DNA from: an uncultured Rothia sp.
Lineage (GTDB): Bacteria; Actinomycetota; Actinomycetes; Actinomycetales; Micrococcaceae
Reading direction: 5' to 3'
Length of the DNA stretch: 64,000 nt
NCBI GenBank assembly: GCA_963521575.1
Contig: CAUQVM010000001.1
Span: forward strand, 285-64,284
Under the pieces are notes generated by a model. That model ran no database searches and had not been told where the DNA came from. It saw nothing but the letters and a program-made list of their open reading frames with translations. Of this stretch, positions 10,581 through 19,491 are shown in pieces; the first letter of the stretch is position 1; each line of letters starts with the position of its first letter. Both the position numbers and the translations under genes were made by a program.

Positions 10581-13500
10581 CTAATCCTCCAGAGCCTGAG
10601 GCTTCTCCGCGTAGATGGAGTTAATAAACTTCTCCGCCCACTCCAGGAGGGGACGATCCACCAGCTCCTTACCCCCGACCGGCATAGTCTTCGGGCGCGG
10701 AACCAGCGTCAGCCAGGTCTCCAGGCCCTTCGGTTGGGCGTGCGTGGAACCGGGATATACGCGCTTCAGGCGCATCTGACGCGACTCGGGTAGCGGCTGG
10801 GCACTCACCACGCGCAGCTTCGGACCCAGAATCATCATCTCTCGGATACCGGCGACGCGGGCATGCATGCGCAGGGCGGCCACGGAGAGCAAGTTCTCCA
10901 CGGCCTCCGGCAGTTCACCGTAGCGGTCCGTCAGTTCCTCGCGGGCCTCCGCAATCTTCTCTTCGGTATCGGCTGCCGCAATCTGGCGATAGGCCTGCAG
11001 GCGCAGGCGCTCAGAATCAATGTAGGAGTGCGGAATATGAGCGTTGACCGGCAGGTCAATCTTCGTCTCAACCTCGCGTTCTTCCTTCTCACCGCGGTAG
11101 TTGGCCACGGCCTCACCCACCAGGCGCAGGTATAGGTCAAAGCCCACGCCCGCAATGTGACCGGACTGCTCGCCGCCGAGCAGGTTGCCAGCACCGCGAA
11201 TCTCCAAGTCCTTCATGGCCAGCTGCAGGCCGGCACCGAGCTCATTGTGGGTTGCGACGGCCTTCAGGCGCTCGTGTGCCACCTCTCCGAGGGTCTTGTC
11301 CACCGGGTAGAGGAAGTAGGCGTAGGCGCGCTCACGGCCACGACCCACACGGCCGCGTAGCTGGTGCAGCTGGCTCAGGCCGTAGTTCTGGGCGTGGTCC
11401 ACAATGAGAGTGTTTGCATTCGAGATGTCCAGACCGGTCTCCACGATGGTCGTGCATACCAGCACGTCAAAACGGCGCTCCCAGAAGTCCACAATAATCT
11501 GCTCCAGGCGTGACTCGCTCATGCGCCCGTGCGCGGTGGCGATGCGCGCCTCCGGCACGAGTTTGCCAATCTCGGCAGCCACATTGTCAATGTCGGCCAC
11601 ACGGTTGTGGACAAAGAACACCTGACCCTCACGCATGAGTTCTCGGCGGATCGCTGCGGTGATTTGGCTGTCGGTGCGCGGGCCTACGAAGGTGAGCACG
11701 GGGTGGCGCTCCTCGGGGGCAGTGGCCAGGGTGGAGGTCTCGCGGATGCCGGTCAGCGACATTTCCAGGGTGCGCGGGATCGGGGTGGCGCTCATGGCCA
11801 GCACGTCCACATTGGTGCGCATCTGCTTGAGCTTCTCCTTGTGCTCCACGCCGAAACGCTGCTCCTCGTCGATAATGACCAAGCCCAGGTCCTTGAAGAC
11901 AATACTGTCGGAGAGAATGCGGTGCGTGCCAATCACCACGTCCACCGCGCCGGAGGCGATCTCCTCGGCAATCTGGCGGGTTTCTTTCGCCTTTTGGAAT
12001 CGTGAGAGCACACGAATCTTCACGGGGAAGCCCGAAAAGCGCTCGCTGAAGGTTTCGTAGTGTTGCTGGGCTAGCAGGGTTGTGGGTACGAGCACGGCGA
12101 CCTGCTTGCCGTCCTGCACTGCCTTAAATGCGGCTCGCACGGCAACCTCGGTTTTGCCGAAGCCCACATCGCCGGAGATGAGGCGGTCCATGGGGATTTC
12201 CTTCTCCATGTCTTCCTTCACCTCGTGGATGGCGGTGAGCTGGTCGGGGGTCTCATTGTAGGGGAAGGACTCCTCCAGTTCGCGCTGCCAGGGGGTGTCG
12301 GGTGCGAAGGCGTGGCCGCGCGAGGCCTGGCGCGCCGAGTAGAGTTTGACCAGGTCGGCAGCGATTTCCTTGACGGCTTTGCGGGCGCGGGACTTGGTCT
12401 TGGCCCAGTCGCTGCCGCCCATCTTGGACAGGCTCGGGTTCTCACCACCCACGTAATTAGAGATGAGGTCCAGCTGGTCCGAGGGCACAAAAAGTCGATC
12501 GGGAGCGCCGCCGCGTTTGGTGGGAGCGTACTCGATGACCAGGTATTCTTTCATGGGTTGCACGCCGTTGGCGGGGGTTGCACCGGCCACGGGGCGCGAG
12601 GTCATTTCGACAAAGCGGCCAATGCCGTGGCGCTCGTGCACCACGTAGTCGCCGGGGTTCAGCGCGAGCGGGTCAACGGCGTTGCGGCGGCGGCGCGTCT
12701 TGAATTTCTGTCCGGCGGCGCCTCGGGGCGCGTAAGTGCCACGGCGGCCAAGTAGCTCGGCTTCGGTGAAGACGGCAAGTTTGGCCTCTTCGAGCACGAA
12801 GCCGGAGGTGGCTGGTGCCTCACATACCTCAACGATGCCGTTTTCGAGTTCCCCGGCGGGGTCGGCGGCGAGGCTTGCACGGCGGGCTGCGGGCACGGAG
12901 GTGCCGTTCCCGTCCCCGGAATGGAAGAGATCAATAATGCGGTCGGTAGAGCCTCGCCCGTTGGTGAGAGCAAGGACGGTCCGCTGCCGGTGCACGAGCT
13001 CCCCCACGGCGTTGAGCATGCGGTCAACGGAGCCGTTGAAGGCCTCGGCTGGGCGAGCCCCGACGGTATAGGTGTCGATGCCTTCTTCAATAGCTTCGGC
13101 TACGGCATCGTTCTTGAGGGCTTCAATGGTTTCAAGGGCTCCTGCCGCGTCTGTCAGCAGGTTGTCATCGGTGGTGAGCTCAGTAATTTCCCACCAGCTT
13201 AGCTTTGCTTCCAGTGCCTCGGTGTGGGTGGTGTCAATGGTTCGGAAGGCACCGTCACTCAGACGTAGCTGTCCCAGATCAATGGGCGAAACGGCATCTG
13301 CTTCGGCAGCGGTATCCCAGGCCGCGGCGAGGAATTCTTCGTTGGTGGCCACGAGGTCTTCAGCGCGGGCGCGTACACGTTCTGGCTCCACGCTCAGAAC
13401 CATGGATCCTGCCGGTAGCTGTGCAATGAGAGTGGTCATCGAATCGACGAGTAGCGGGGTGAGCGATTCCATACCCTCCACGTAGATGCCGCCGGCAATT

Positions 13501-14348
13501 TTTTCGAGCATGGATGCGGCGGCCGGGTAGTCGTTTTTGAGGCGCGCGGCGCGGCTCATCACCTCGGGGGTAATGAGCAGTTCCCGGCAGGGTAGCAGGG
13601 TGAGCTCGGTGAGGTCTTCTCCCCCGTTGAGGGTGCGCTGATCGGCGACGGAGAAGCGGCGCATTTCGTCAAGTTCGTCGCCAAAGAATTCAAGGCGTAC
13701 GGGGGTGGTATCGGTGGGGGAAAAGACATCGATAATGCCACCGCGTACCGCGTATTCGCCGCGCTTAGCAACCAGGTCTACACGGGAGTAGGCGGCCTCG
13801 CTCAGGCCGCGTACAACATCTTTAAAGGAGTATTCTTTGCCGCGGATTAGCTGGACGGGCTGAAGTTTCTCGATTCCGGCGACGATAGGCTGAATGAGGG
13901 CGCGCACGGGCACTACAACAAGGCGGGGGCGTTCCTCGGTGGGCCCGGTCATGGCGCGCAGTACCTGCAGGCGGCGGCCGATAGTGTCGGATCGGGGTGA
14001 GAGGCGTTCGTGCGGCAAGGTCTCCCAGGCAGGAAAGAGCGCAATATCGCCGGCGTCTAGGTAGGAGCGTAGGGCGTGCGCAAGATCTTCGGCCTGCCGG
14101 TCAGTCGGTGCCACGACGAGGCTGATGGCTCCGGGGCTGCTCTCGCGCACGGCGGTTGAGATATCTGCGATGAGAGCTGGATGAGTTCCCGCGACGGCTC
14201 CAATAAGGGCGCGGGCGCTACGTTCTGCGCCTGCTGCCGCTGCGGCGGTGCGCACGGCGGACCAGCCGCTCTGCCGCCCGAGCAGGTGGAGGAGGGGGTG
14301 CAGGGGCGCCTCGGGCTGGGGCGTCTTGGTACGGCCGGTGATGCTCAA
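10581..14348 (-). CDS. mfd: Transcription-repair coupling factor
   Basis: GDVGFGKT, DEEQRFGV, SATPIPRT and QLRGRVGR motifs; CarD-like and TRCF domains. Confidence 0.97.
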   Translation of the reverse strand: MSITGRTKTPQPEAPLHPLLHLLGRQSGWSAVRTAAAAAGAERSARALIGAVAGTHPALIADISTAVRESSPGAISLVVAPTDRQAEDLAHALRSYLDAGDIALFPAWETLPHERLSPRSDTIGRRLQVLRAMTGPTEERPRLVVVPVRALIQPIVAGIEKLQPVQLIRGKEYSFKDVVRGLSEAAYSRVDLVAKRGEYAVRGGIIDVFSPTDTTPVRLEFFGDELDEMRRFSVADQRTLNGGEDLTELTLLPCRELLITPEVMSRAARLKNDYPAAASMLEKIAGGIYVEGMESLTPLLVDSMTTLIAQLPAGSMVLSVEPERVRARAEDLVATNEEFLAAAWDTAAEADAVSPIDLGQLRLSDGAFRTIDTTHTEALEAKLSWWEITELTTDDNLLTDAAGALETIEALKNDAVAEAIEEGIDTYTVGARPAEAFNGSVDRMLNAVGELVHRQRTVLALTNGRGSTDRIIDLFHSGDGNGTSVPAARRASLAADPAGELENGIVEVCEAPATSGFVLEEAKLAVFTEAELLGRRGTYAPRGAAGQKFKTRRRRNAVDPLALNPGDYVVHERHGIGRFVEMTSRPVAGATPANGVQPMKEYLVIEYAPTKRGGAPDRLFVPSDQLDLISNYVGGENPSLSKMGGSDWAKTKSRARKAVKEIAADLVKLYSARQASRGHAFAPDTPWQRELEESFPYNETPDQLTAIHEVKEDMEKEIPMDRLISGDVGFGKTEVAVRAAFKAVQDGKQVAVLVPTTLLAQQHYETFSERFSGFPVKIRVLSRFQKAKETRQIAEEIASGAVDVVIGTHRILSDSIVFKDLGLVIIDEEQRFGVEHKEKLKQMRTNVDVLAMSATPIPRTLEMSLTGIRETSTLATAPEERHPVLTFVGPRTDSQITAAIRRELMREGQVFFVHNRVADIDNVAAEIGKLVPEARIATAHGRMSESRLEQIIVDFWERRFDVLVCTTIVETGLDISNANTLIVDHAQNYGLSQLHQLRGRVGRGRERAYAYFLYPVDKTLGEVAHERLKAVATHNELGAGLQLAMKDLEIRGAGNLLGGEQSGHIAGVGFDLYLRLVGEAVANYRGEKEEREVETKIDLPVNAHIPHSYIDSERLRLQAYRQIAAADTEEKIAEAREELTDRYGELPEAVENLLSVAALRMHARVAGIREMMILGPKLRVVSAQPLPESRQMRLKRVYPGSTHAQPKGLETWLTLVPRPKTMPVGGKELVDRPLLEWAEKFINSIYAEKPQALED

Positions 14349-14889
14349 TGCTTCTCCTGGTTCTGCTGTCTTCGCGTAATTTAATGTCTTAGGGTCGCCG
14401 GTTAGAAATCTGCGGTGGCGCGCATATTTTCTGCGTTTGTCTCGGTCGAGGGTCTTTCCGAGGAGGAGTTATGGCCCGCTGTGAAGGTTCGGATAGCTTT
14501 CTCATTGTACGGCTGACATGCATTATTAGATGTTGTGGGCTACGGCTTTGGCTGGGCGGGCGAAACTTTCGGGTGTAATATACCGTAATTTTGGAGCCGG
14601 CACAGGGCACGGTTTCCCGGTTTCTTGCGGGGTTTTACCCCTATAATCTACTGGGACTTCCCTCAAACCTGCGGGTCTTGGGCGTCCTCAAATTCACAGC
14701 TTAATCCTGTAATCTAGCCAGTACACCAACTCTAGAGTCGATTCATCTGCTTTGTTCGCAGGATGAGCCTCATAATCTACCCCATATCCACCAAATTATG
14801 GGGTGGTTTTGGGAGCGACCAGCTGGTGTGCTTTATTTCACCATCTCTTTCGATGTTTCTTCCGGAAACGTCGCATCAGAAAGACACGT

Positions 14890-15192
14890 ATGACAACCAC
14901 ATATACATGGCGCCCTTTCACGCGCCCCAGCTCTCGGGTGGCAAAAAAGTGGGCTTCCTTTGCTCTTGCCCTGGGAACTGCCTTCACGGCGGCTCCCCTT
15001 CTTCCTGCAACCCCCGCCTCCGCAGCAACCGGAGCCCACGACGGCTCTAGTAGCGATAAGGCAGCGGCTTCCTGCTATGAGGTTAAGCAGGTTAACCCTT
15101 CCGCTCCTTCGGGTACCTACTGGCTGTACACTCCGCAGATGAGCGGGCCGGCGCAGTTCTACTGCGACCAGGAGACCGACGAAGGCGGCTAA
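14890..15192 (+). pseudogene. Truncated paralog: signal peptide plus fibrinogen-like YCDxxxxGGG(W) fragment
   Basis: Similar to the N-termini of the ORFs at 15693 and 19492; TAA falls exactly at the conserved Trp codon; the downstream sequence is not homologous. Confidence 0.75.
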
Positions 15193-15269
15193 GGTCTAGT
15201 TCCCACCTATTCTCAAGATTTTTGAGCTAGAGTTTAGTAGCTAATTGTTCGTTGGCTCAGCTCTTCCAC

Positions 15270-15318
15270 CTACCACCCCCTCGGCTTCTGCTTCGGCAGG
15301 AGCCGAGGCGGGTGGTGG
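15270..15318. terminator. Strong hairpin with UUCG loop
   Basis: cctcggcttctgc-ttcg-gcaggagccgagg extended by accacc/ggtggt. Confidence 0.55.
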
Positions 15319-15692
15319 CACATCTTTTCGGGGATAGCATCCCCGCTAGTTTTGGTTCTTTCGGCGTTCGGTGAGGGCGCGGGAGGAATCATACTGCATC
15401 GTTTCGCACATTCTTCAGATGACCCGGAGCGGTGCAGATTGTTGCGTTCTGGCTCTACCGGATTGGCGGTCTTCGGCAGTATGATGCAGTAGAGCTTAGG
15501 GACGTATTCATTCGATTTCTGATAATTACACTCACTGATTCCGACGGTAGACACGCTGTTAGCACGGATTGATCGGCAACCGCCCGGCGGATTGAGGTGC
15601 CACGAGGTACCTCAGTCGCCGCAGGATGACTGCGGTGCCGGCACTCTGCGTGCGTCGGCCTACTGATGGTTGAGGTCTCTGAGAGGAGACAA

Positions 15693-18167
15693 ATGATTTT
15701 TCTTCCGTTTAAGGGTTGGGGACGTGCGCGTTCCCTGTCCCCCGCTGGGGCGCAGCCGGTTCACTCCGGCGTTACCTCCCGACCGCCACGTCGCACGTGG
15801 GGCGTTGCGGCGGCTTCGGCCGCAATAATGGTCTTGGCTTCCCTGGGGCCGATGGCTCCGGGCGCGCAGGCGGCCGATGCCAACTACTATGACGGATCTT
15901 CCAGCGAGCGCGCTGCGGCAAGCTGCTGGGAGGTCAAACAGAACAATGCGAATGCCGCAAGTGGCGCATACTGGCTGTACACCCCGCAGATGAGTGCTCC
16001 GGCACAGTTCTACTGCGATCAGGAGACTGAAGGCGGCGGCTGGGTTATGATTGGCCGCGGCCGTGAGAGCTGGACCGAGAACTATTACGGTCGTGGCAAT
16101 CCCGACCAGCTGCATCAGAATCCGACCGGTTTTGATGCGGTGCAGTTGCCGGGCACCACGGTCAGCGCACTACTGAACGGCACCCGCCCGCAGGATCTTC
16201 CTGACGGTGTGCGTTTCCATCGCGCGCTGAACGTTGAGGGCACCAGCTGGCAGGATCTTACCGCCAAGCGTGCAAGGAGCACCGAGTGGTCGTGGACCCT
16301 GCGTCCGACGATGTACTGGTCAGATATTTCGGTATCAAATGACCAGCGCTACAACCGCTATAACTACGGTGATCGTAATGCAGTGGCCGGTAATATCTTC
16401 ACCCATGATTCGGATGATTTCCGTTCCATAAGGTTTGTGGAGAAGGTATCTCAGGGCTATAAGCTGGGCTTTACCTACGGCCAGAATGCCCGAGTGACCA
16501 ACTGGTTCCAGAACTACCGGATGCATAACACATCCTCCTTCATCTATCGCCCGGCGAACGACAACTCCACTCCCCTGGTGTTTACCCAGATGTTCCTGCG
16601 CCCGAAGGTAACCCAGGCCGATTTGGAGGCCAAGGGTCTGCACGACTACGGCCAGCAGGGTGCGGAAGCCAGCAACCGCCGCGCGCTACCCAATAGCTAC
16701 TCCGATAAGTGGAAGTGGCGCACGAGTGCTCAGAGCGGTACCGGCAAGCGCGGCGAGATGAACACCCAGGTTGAGGCCATTACCGAGGTGGGTGGCGCGG
16801 TATTTACCGGCGGCGACTTCGCGTATGTTGAGTCTGCCGGCGGCGAGCGCGTCGACCAGGCGTTCCTGGCCGGCTACGATGCGCAAACGGGCGAGCTACG
16901 CCGTTCCTTCAGCCCGAAGATTAATGGCCAGGTAAAGTCAGTAGAAGCGCTGCCGAACGGTCTGTTGGCCGTGGGCGGTTCCTTTACCAAGGTCAACGAT
17001 GAGAACTACGACGGTTTTGTGCTACTGGATCCGCAGACCGGCCAGGTGGCAAAGCAGTGGGATATCCGTGTCCAGAGCCGCGTTGCTTCTCTTCCGGTTC
17101 AGATCAAGACCCTGCACGTGCGCGACGGCTACCTGTACATTGGTGGTTCGTTTACGCACCTGAAGGGTAATACCTCCGCAACCTACGCATACTCCAGGAA
17201 TCTGGCCCGCGTTAAGTTGAGCAATGGTGAGGTGGACTGGAGTTGGCGCCCGATTATCAACGGCACGGTTAACGGTGTGAACGCTTCCGAGGGTAACTCG
17301 CACGTATACGTGGCTGGTTACTTTACCCAGCTGAATAGTGGTCAGGCATTCCGTATTGCCGATATCACCGATTCCCGCCAGAGTGGCGGTAACTGGAACC
17401 ACGAGCCTTCCTACGTTCCTCGGGGCGCCCTCCTGCAGGATCTGAAGAACGAAAAGCTCATGTGGGGCTTCCAGTTTGACGTTCAGGACGCCGGCTCGTC
17501 GGTGTGGCTGGGCGGTACCGAGCACATGATTAGCCGCTACGATAAGTCAAACATGAACCGCACCTACAGCGCGATTACCCGAGAGGGTGGCGATTTCCAG
17601 GATCTGCATCTGAATGGCAACACGATTTACGGTGCCTGCCATTGCGGTGACTTTGTCTATCAGGGTGGCAATACGGTGGAGAGTGCCTGGACGAATGCTA
17701 CGGATGCCCAGACGATTCGCCTGGTAGCGGCATTTGATAAGGACAGCGGTCAGGTTCTGCCCGAGTGGGCGCCGATTATGAGCGGTGCCTACGGCTACGG
17801 CGTGTGGGAGTCCTTCGTGGATTCGACCGGCACCCTGTGGGTGGGCGGCGATATTACGAAGTCCCTGGGTGCTAACGGTGTGCAGTCGACGGTGGGCTTT
17901 GCCCGTTTCTCTGCCCGCGATGTGAATCCTCCTGCTACTCCCTCGAACCTGAACGTTTCAACGGAGGGCTCGAAGGACAAGCTGAGCTGGTCGGCAATCT
18001 CGGAGAGTCGCGTAACCTACCAGGTGCTGCGTAATGACCGCCCGATTGCCACGGTAAGCGGCACGAGTTACGAAGTAGATCACACCGACGGCGCACGCTA
18101 CTACGTGCGTGCAGTGGATCCTTCGGGCAACTACTCGGCGAGTACTGCGGCCGTGCAGGCAGCATAA
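15693..18167 (+). CDS. Secreted fibrinogen-like YCDxxxxGGGW-domain protein with probable beta-propeller and C-terminal FN3-like domain
   Basis: GAGAGGAG RBS before ATG 15693; signal peptide ending AQA; FYCDQETEGGGW; repeated xGGxF blades; YYVRAVDPSGN. Confidence 0.8.
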   Translation: MIFLPFKGWGRARSLSPAGAQPVHSGVTSRPPRRTWGVAAASAAIMVLASLGPMAPGAQAADANYYDGSSSERAAASCWEVKQNNANAASGAYWLYTPQMSAPAQFYCDQETEGGGWVMIGRGRESWTENYYGRGNPDQLHQNPTGFDAVQLPGTTVSALLNGTRPQDLPDGVRFHRALNVEGTSWQDLTAKRARSTEWSWTLRPTMYWSDISVSNDQRYNRYNYGDRNAVAGNIFTHDSDDFRSIRFVEKVSQGYKLGFTYGQNARVTNWFQNYRMHNTSSFIYRPANDNSTPLVFTQMFLRPKVTQADLEAKGLHDYGQQGAEASNRRALPNSYSDKWKWRTSAQSGTGKRGEMNTQVEAITEVGGAVFTGGDFAYVESAGGERVDQAFLAGYDAQTGELRRSFSPKINGQVKSVEALPNGLLAVGGSFTKVNDENYDGFVLLDPQTGQVAKQWDIRVQSRVASLPVQIKTLHVRDGYLYIGGSFTHLKGNTSATYAYSRNLARVKLSNGEVDWSWRPIINGTVNGVNASEGNSHVYVAGYFTQLNSGQAFRIADITDSRQSGGNWNHEPSYVPRGALLQDLKNEKLMWGFQFDVQDAGSSVWLGGTEHMISRYDKSNMNRTYSAITREGGDFQDLHLNGNTIYGACHCGDFVYQGGNTVESAWTNATDAQTIRLVAAFDKDSGQVLPEWAPIMSGAYGYGVWESFVDSTGTLWVGGDITKSLGANGVQSTVGFARFSARDVNPPATPSNLNVSTEGSKDKLSWSAISESRVTYQVLRNDRPIATVSGTSYEVDHTDGARYYVRAVDPSGNYSASTAAVQAA

Positions 18168-18229
18168 CCCCTCATTAGGGCCACTTTTAGCGATGCAATA
18201 AGCATGCTTAAAGTGATATTCATCTCAGT

Positions 18230-18266
18230 GCCCCGGGCTAGCTTTTTGGCTAGCTCGGGGCTTTTT
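18230..18266 (+). terminator. Rho-independent terminator
   Basis: gccccgggctagc ... gctagctcggggc followed by ttttt. Confidence 0.75.
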
Positions 18267-18518
18267 CTATCCAATGAATAGATTTTCTGTCGATACATGA
18301 AGGTTTCCTCAACTGAAGGTAGATATATTCTTCATAATTTATTCCCGGTGAAGCATTATTTGAGTTTTATTCTCAAATATTGTGAGGTTGTAATATTTAG
18401 GACATCTAAGGAATCTCCCAGGTTCGCGTGTTAACCTTTAGAAGCCTTGCGCCTGCGCGGGGTATTTATTATCTTCCGGAATACAGTCATTCTCACTCCA
18501 ACCACAAAGAGGCTTTAC

Positions 18519-19379
18519 ATGACTTTTCTCTCCCCCACCGAATCATCCCGAGCACGCTACGCTGGCGTTCTAAGCATCCTAGCTGCGTTCTCTCTAGTCC
18601 TGAGCGCCTGCGCCTCCCAGAATTCCGAGGCGCAGAACAGCTCCTCGCAGGGCGCATCCACATCTTCCTCCGCAGTTGCCGGGTCTTCCGCATCCGCATC
18701 CTCCGAGCAGGACGCTTCGGCTTCCTCCAGCGATTCCTCCACCCCCGGCCAGGAGTCCTCGGATCCCTCCGCCGAAGCCCGCGAGGATGCCAACTCCTCC
18801 GACAAGAAGAAGCCGGATGAGATTTACACCGGCGCCGAAGACATGTCGAAGGCCTCCAACGTGGCAACCGATGCCGAAGAGGTTAAGAAGACCACCGAGC
18901 TGGTCAATTCCTACGAGTCGATTCTAAACCACGTCAAGCCCGCCCCCTCGGATGCACCCGCCCCCAAGCAGACCTCCGAGCCGAGCAATGACGAAGAAGC
19001 TCAGAAGCAGAATGCCGAGCAGGCTCGCGCAGTGCTGGATGAAGAGACGATTCACTCCATCGAAAAGATTGCTGTCGACTCTGCCGCCGCAGAATTTGCA
19101 GTTCAGGCATCCGAGTACGCCCTGGCCGGCTGGCACTACGAAGGCACTTCCACTGTGGTAGGCACCCCGCGCATGGCCGAGACCCAGTACAAGGGCCAGT
19201 CCGCTCGCCTGCTGGAAGTCTGCATGGACTCTTCCTCGGTAAAGATTTCCGACGAGGATAACCAGCCCGTCAAGGACGATAGCTCCCCCAAGCGTTCACT
19301 GAATATCTACACCCTGGTTCAGGTTGATGGACAGTGGAAGATTGCAAGTCACGATTTTCCGAACAATCCTGACTGCTAA
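18519..19379 (+). CDS. Lipoprotein of unknown function with Ser-rich linker
   Basis: Lipobox LSAC; Ser/Asp-rich linker; C-terminal domain with VCMDSS ... DGQWKI ... C. Confidence 0.75.
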   Translation: MTFLSPTESSRARYAGVLSILAAFSLVLSACASQNSEAQNSSSQGASTSSSAVAGSSASASSEQDASASSSDSSTPGQESSDPSAEAREDANSSDKKKPDEIYTGAEDMSKASNVATDAEEVKKTTELVNSYESILNHVKPAPSDAPAPKQTSEPSNDEEAQKQNAEQARAVLDEETIHSIEKIAVDSAAAEFAVQASEYALAGWHYEGTSTVVGTPRMAETQYKGQSARLLEVCMDSSSVKISDEDNQPVKDDSSPKRSLNIYTLVQVDGQWKIASHDFPNNPDC

Positions 19380-19388
19380 GGTGCCCTG

Positions 19389-19427
19389 AATAGCGGTTTG
19401 AGCTGTGTACCGCTCAAACCGCTATTT
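19389..19427. terminator. Terminator hairpin
   Basis: aatagcggtttgagc ... gctcaaaccgctatt perfect inverted repeat. Confidence 0.75.
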
Positions 19428-19491
19428 ACATTTCCGATCGCATTAATGTTGATGCGTTTAACCCTACATTTTGGCATTCATTGGAGATAGT

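Noticed and set aside
15190..15260. Possible IS end at the pseudogene breakpoint
   Set aside because: No matching inverted repeat, target duplication or transposase found in the window, so it is not called as a mobile element.
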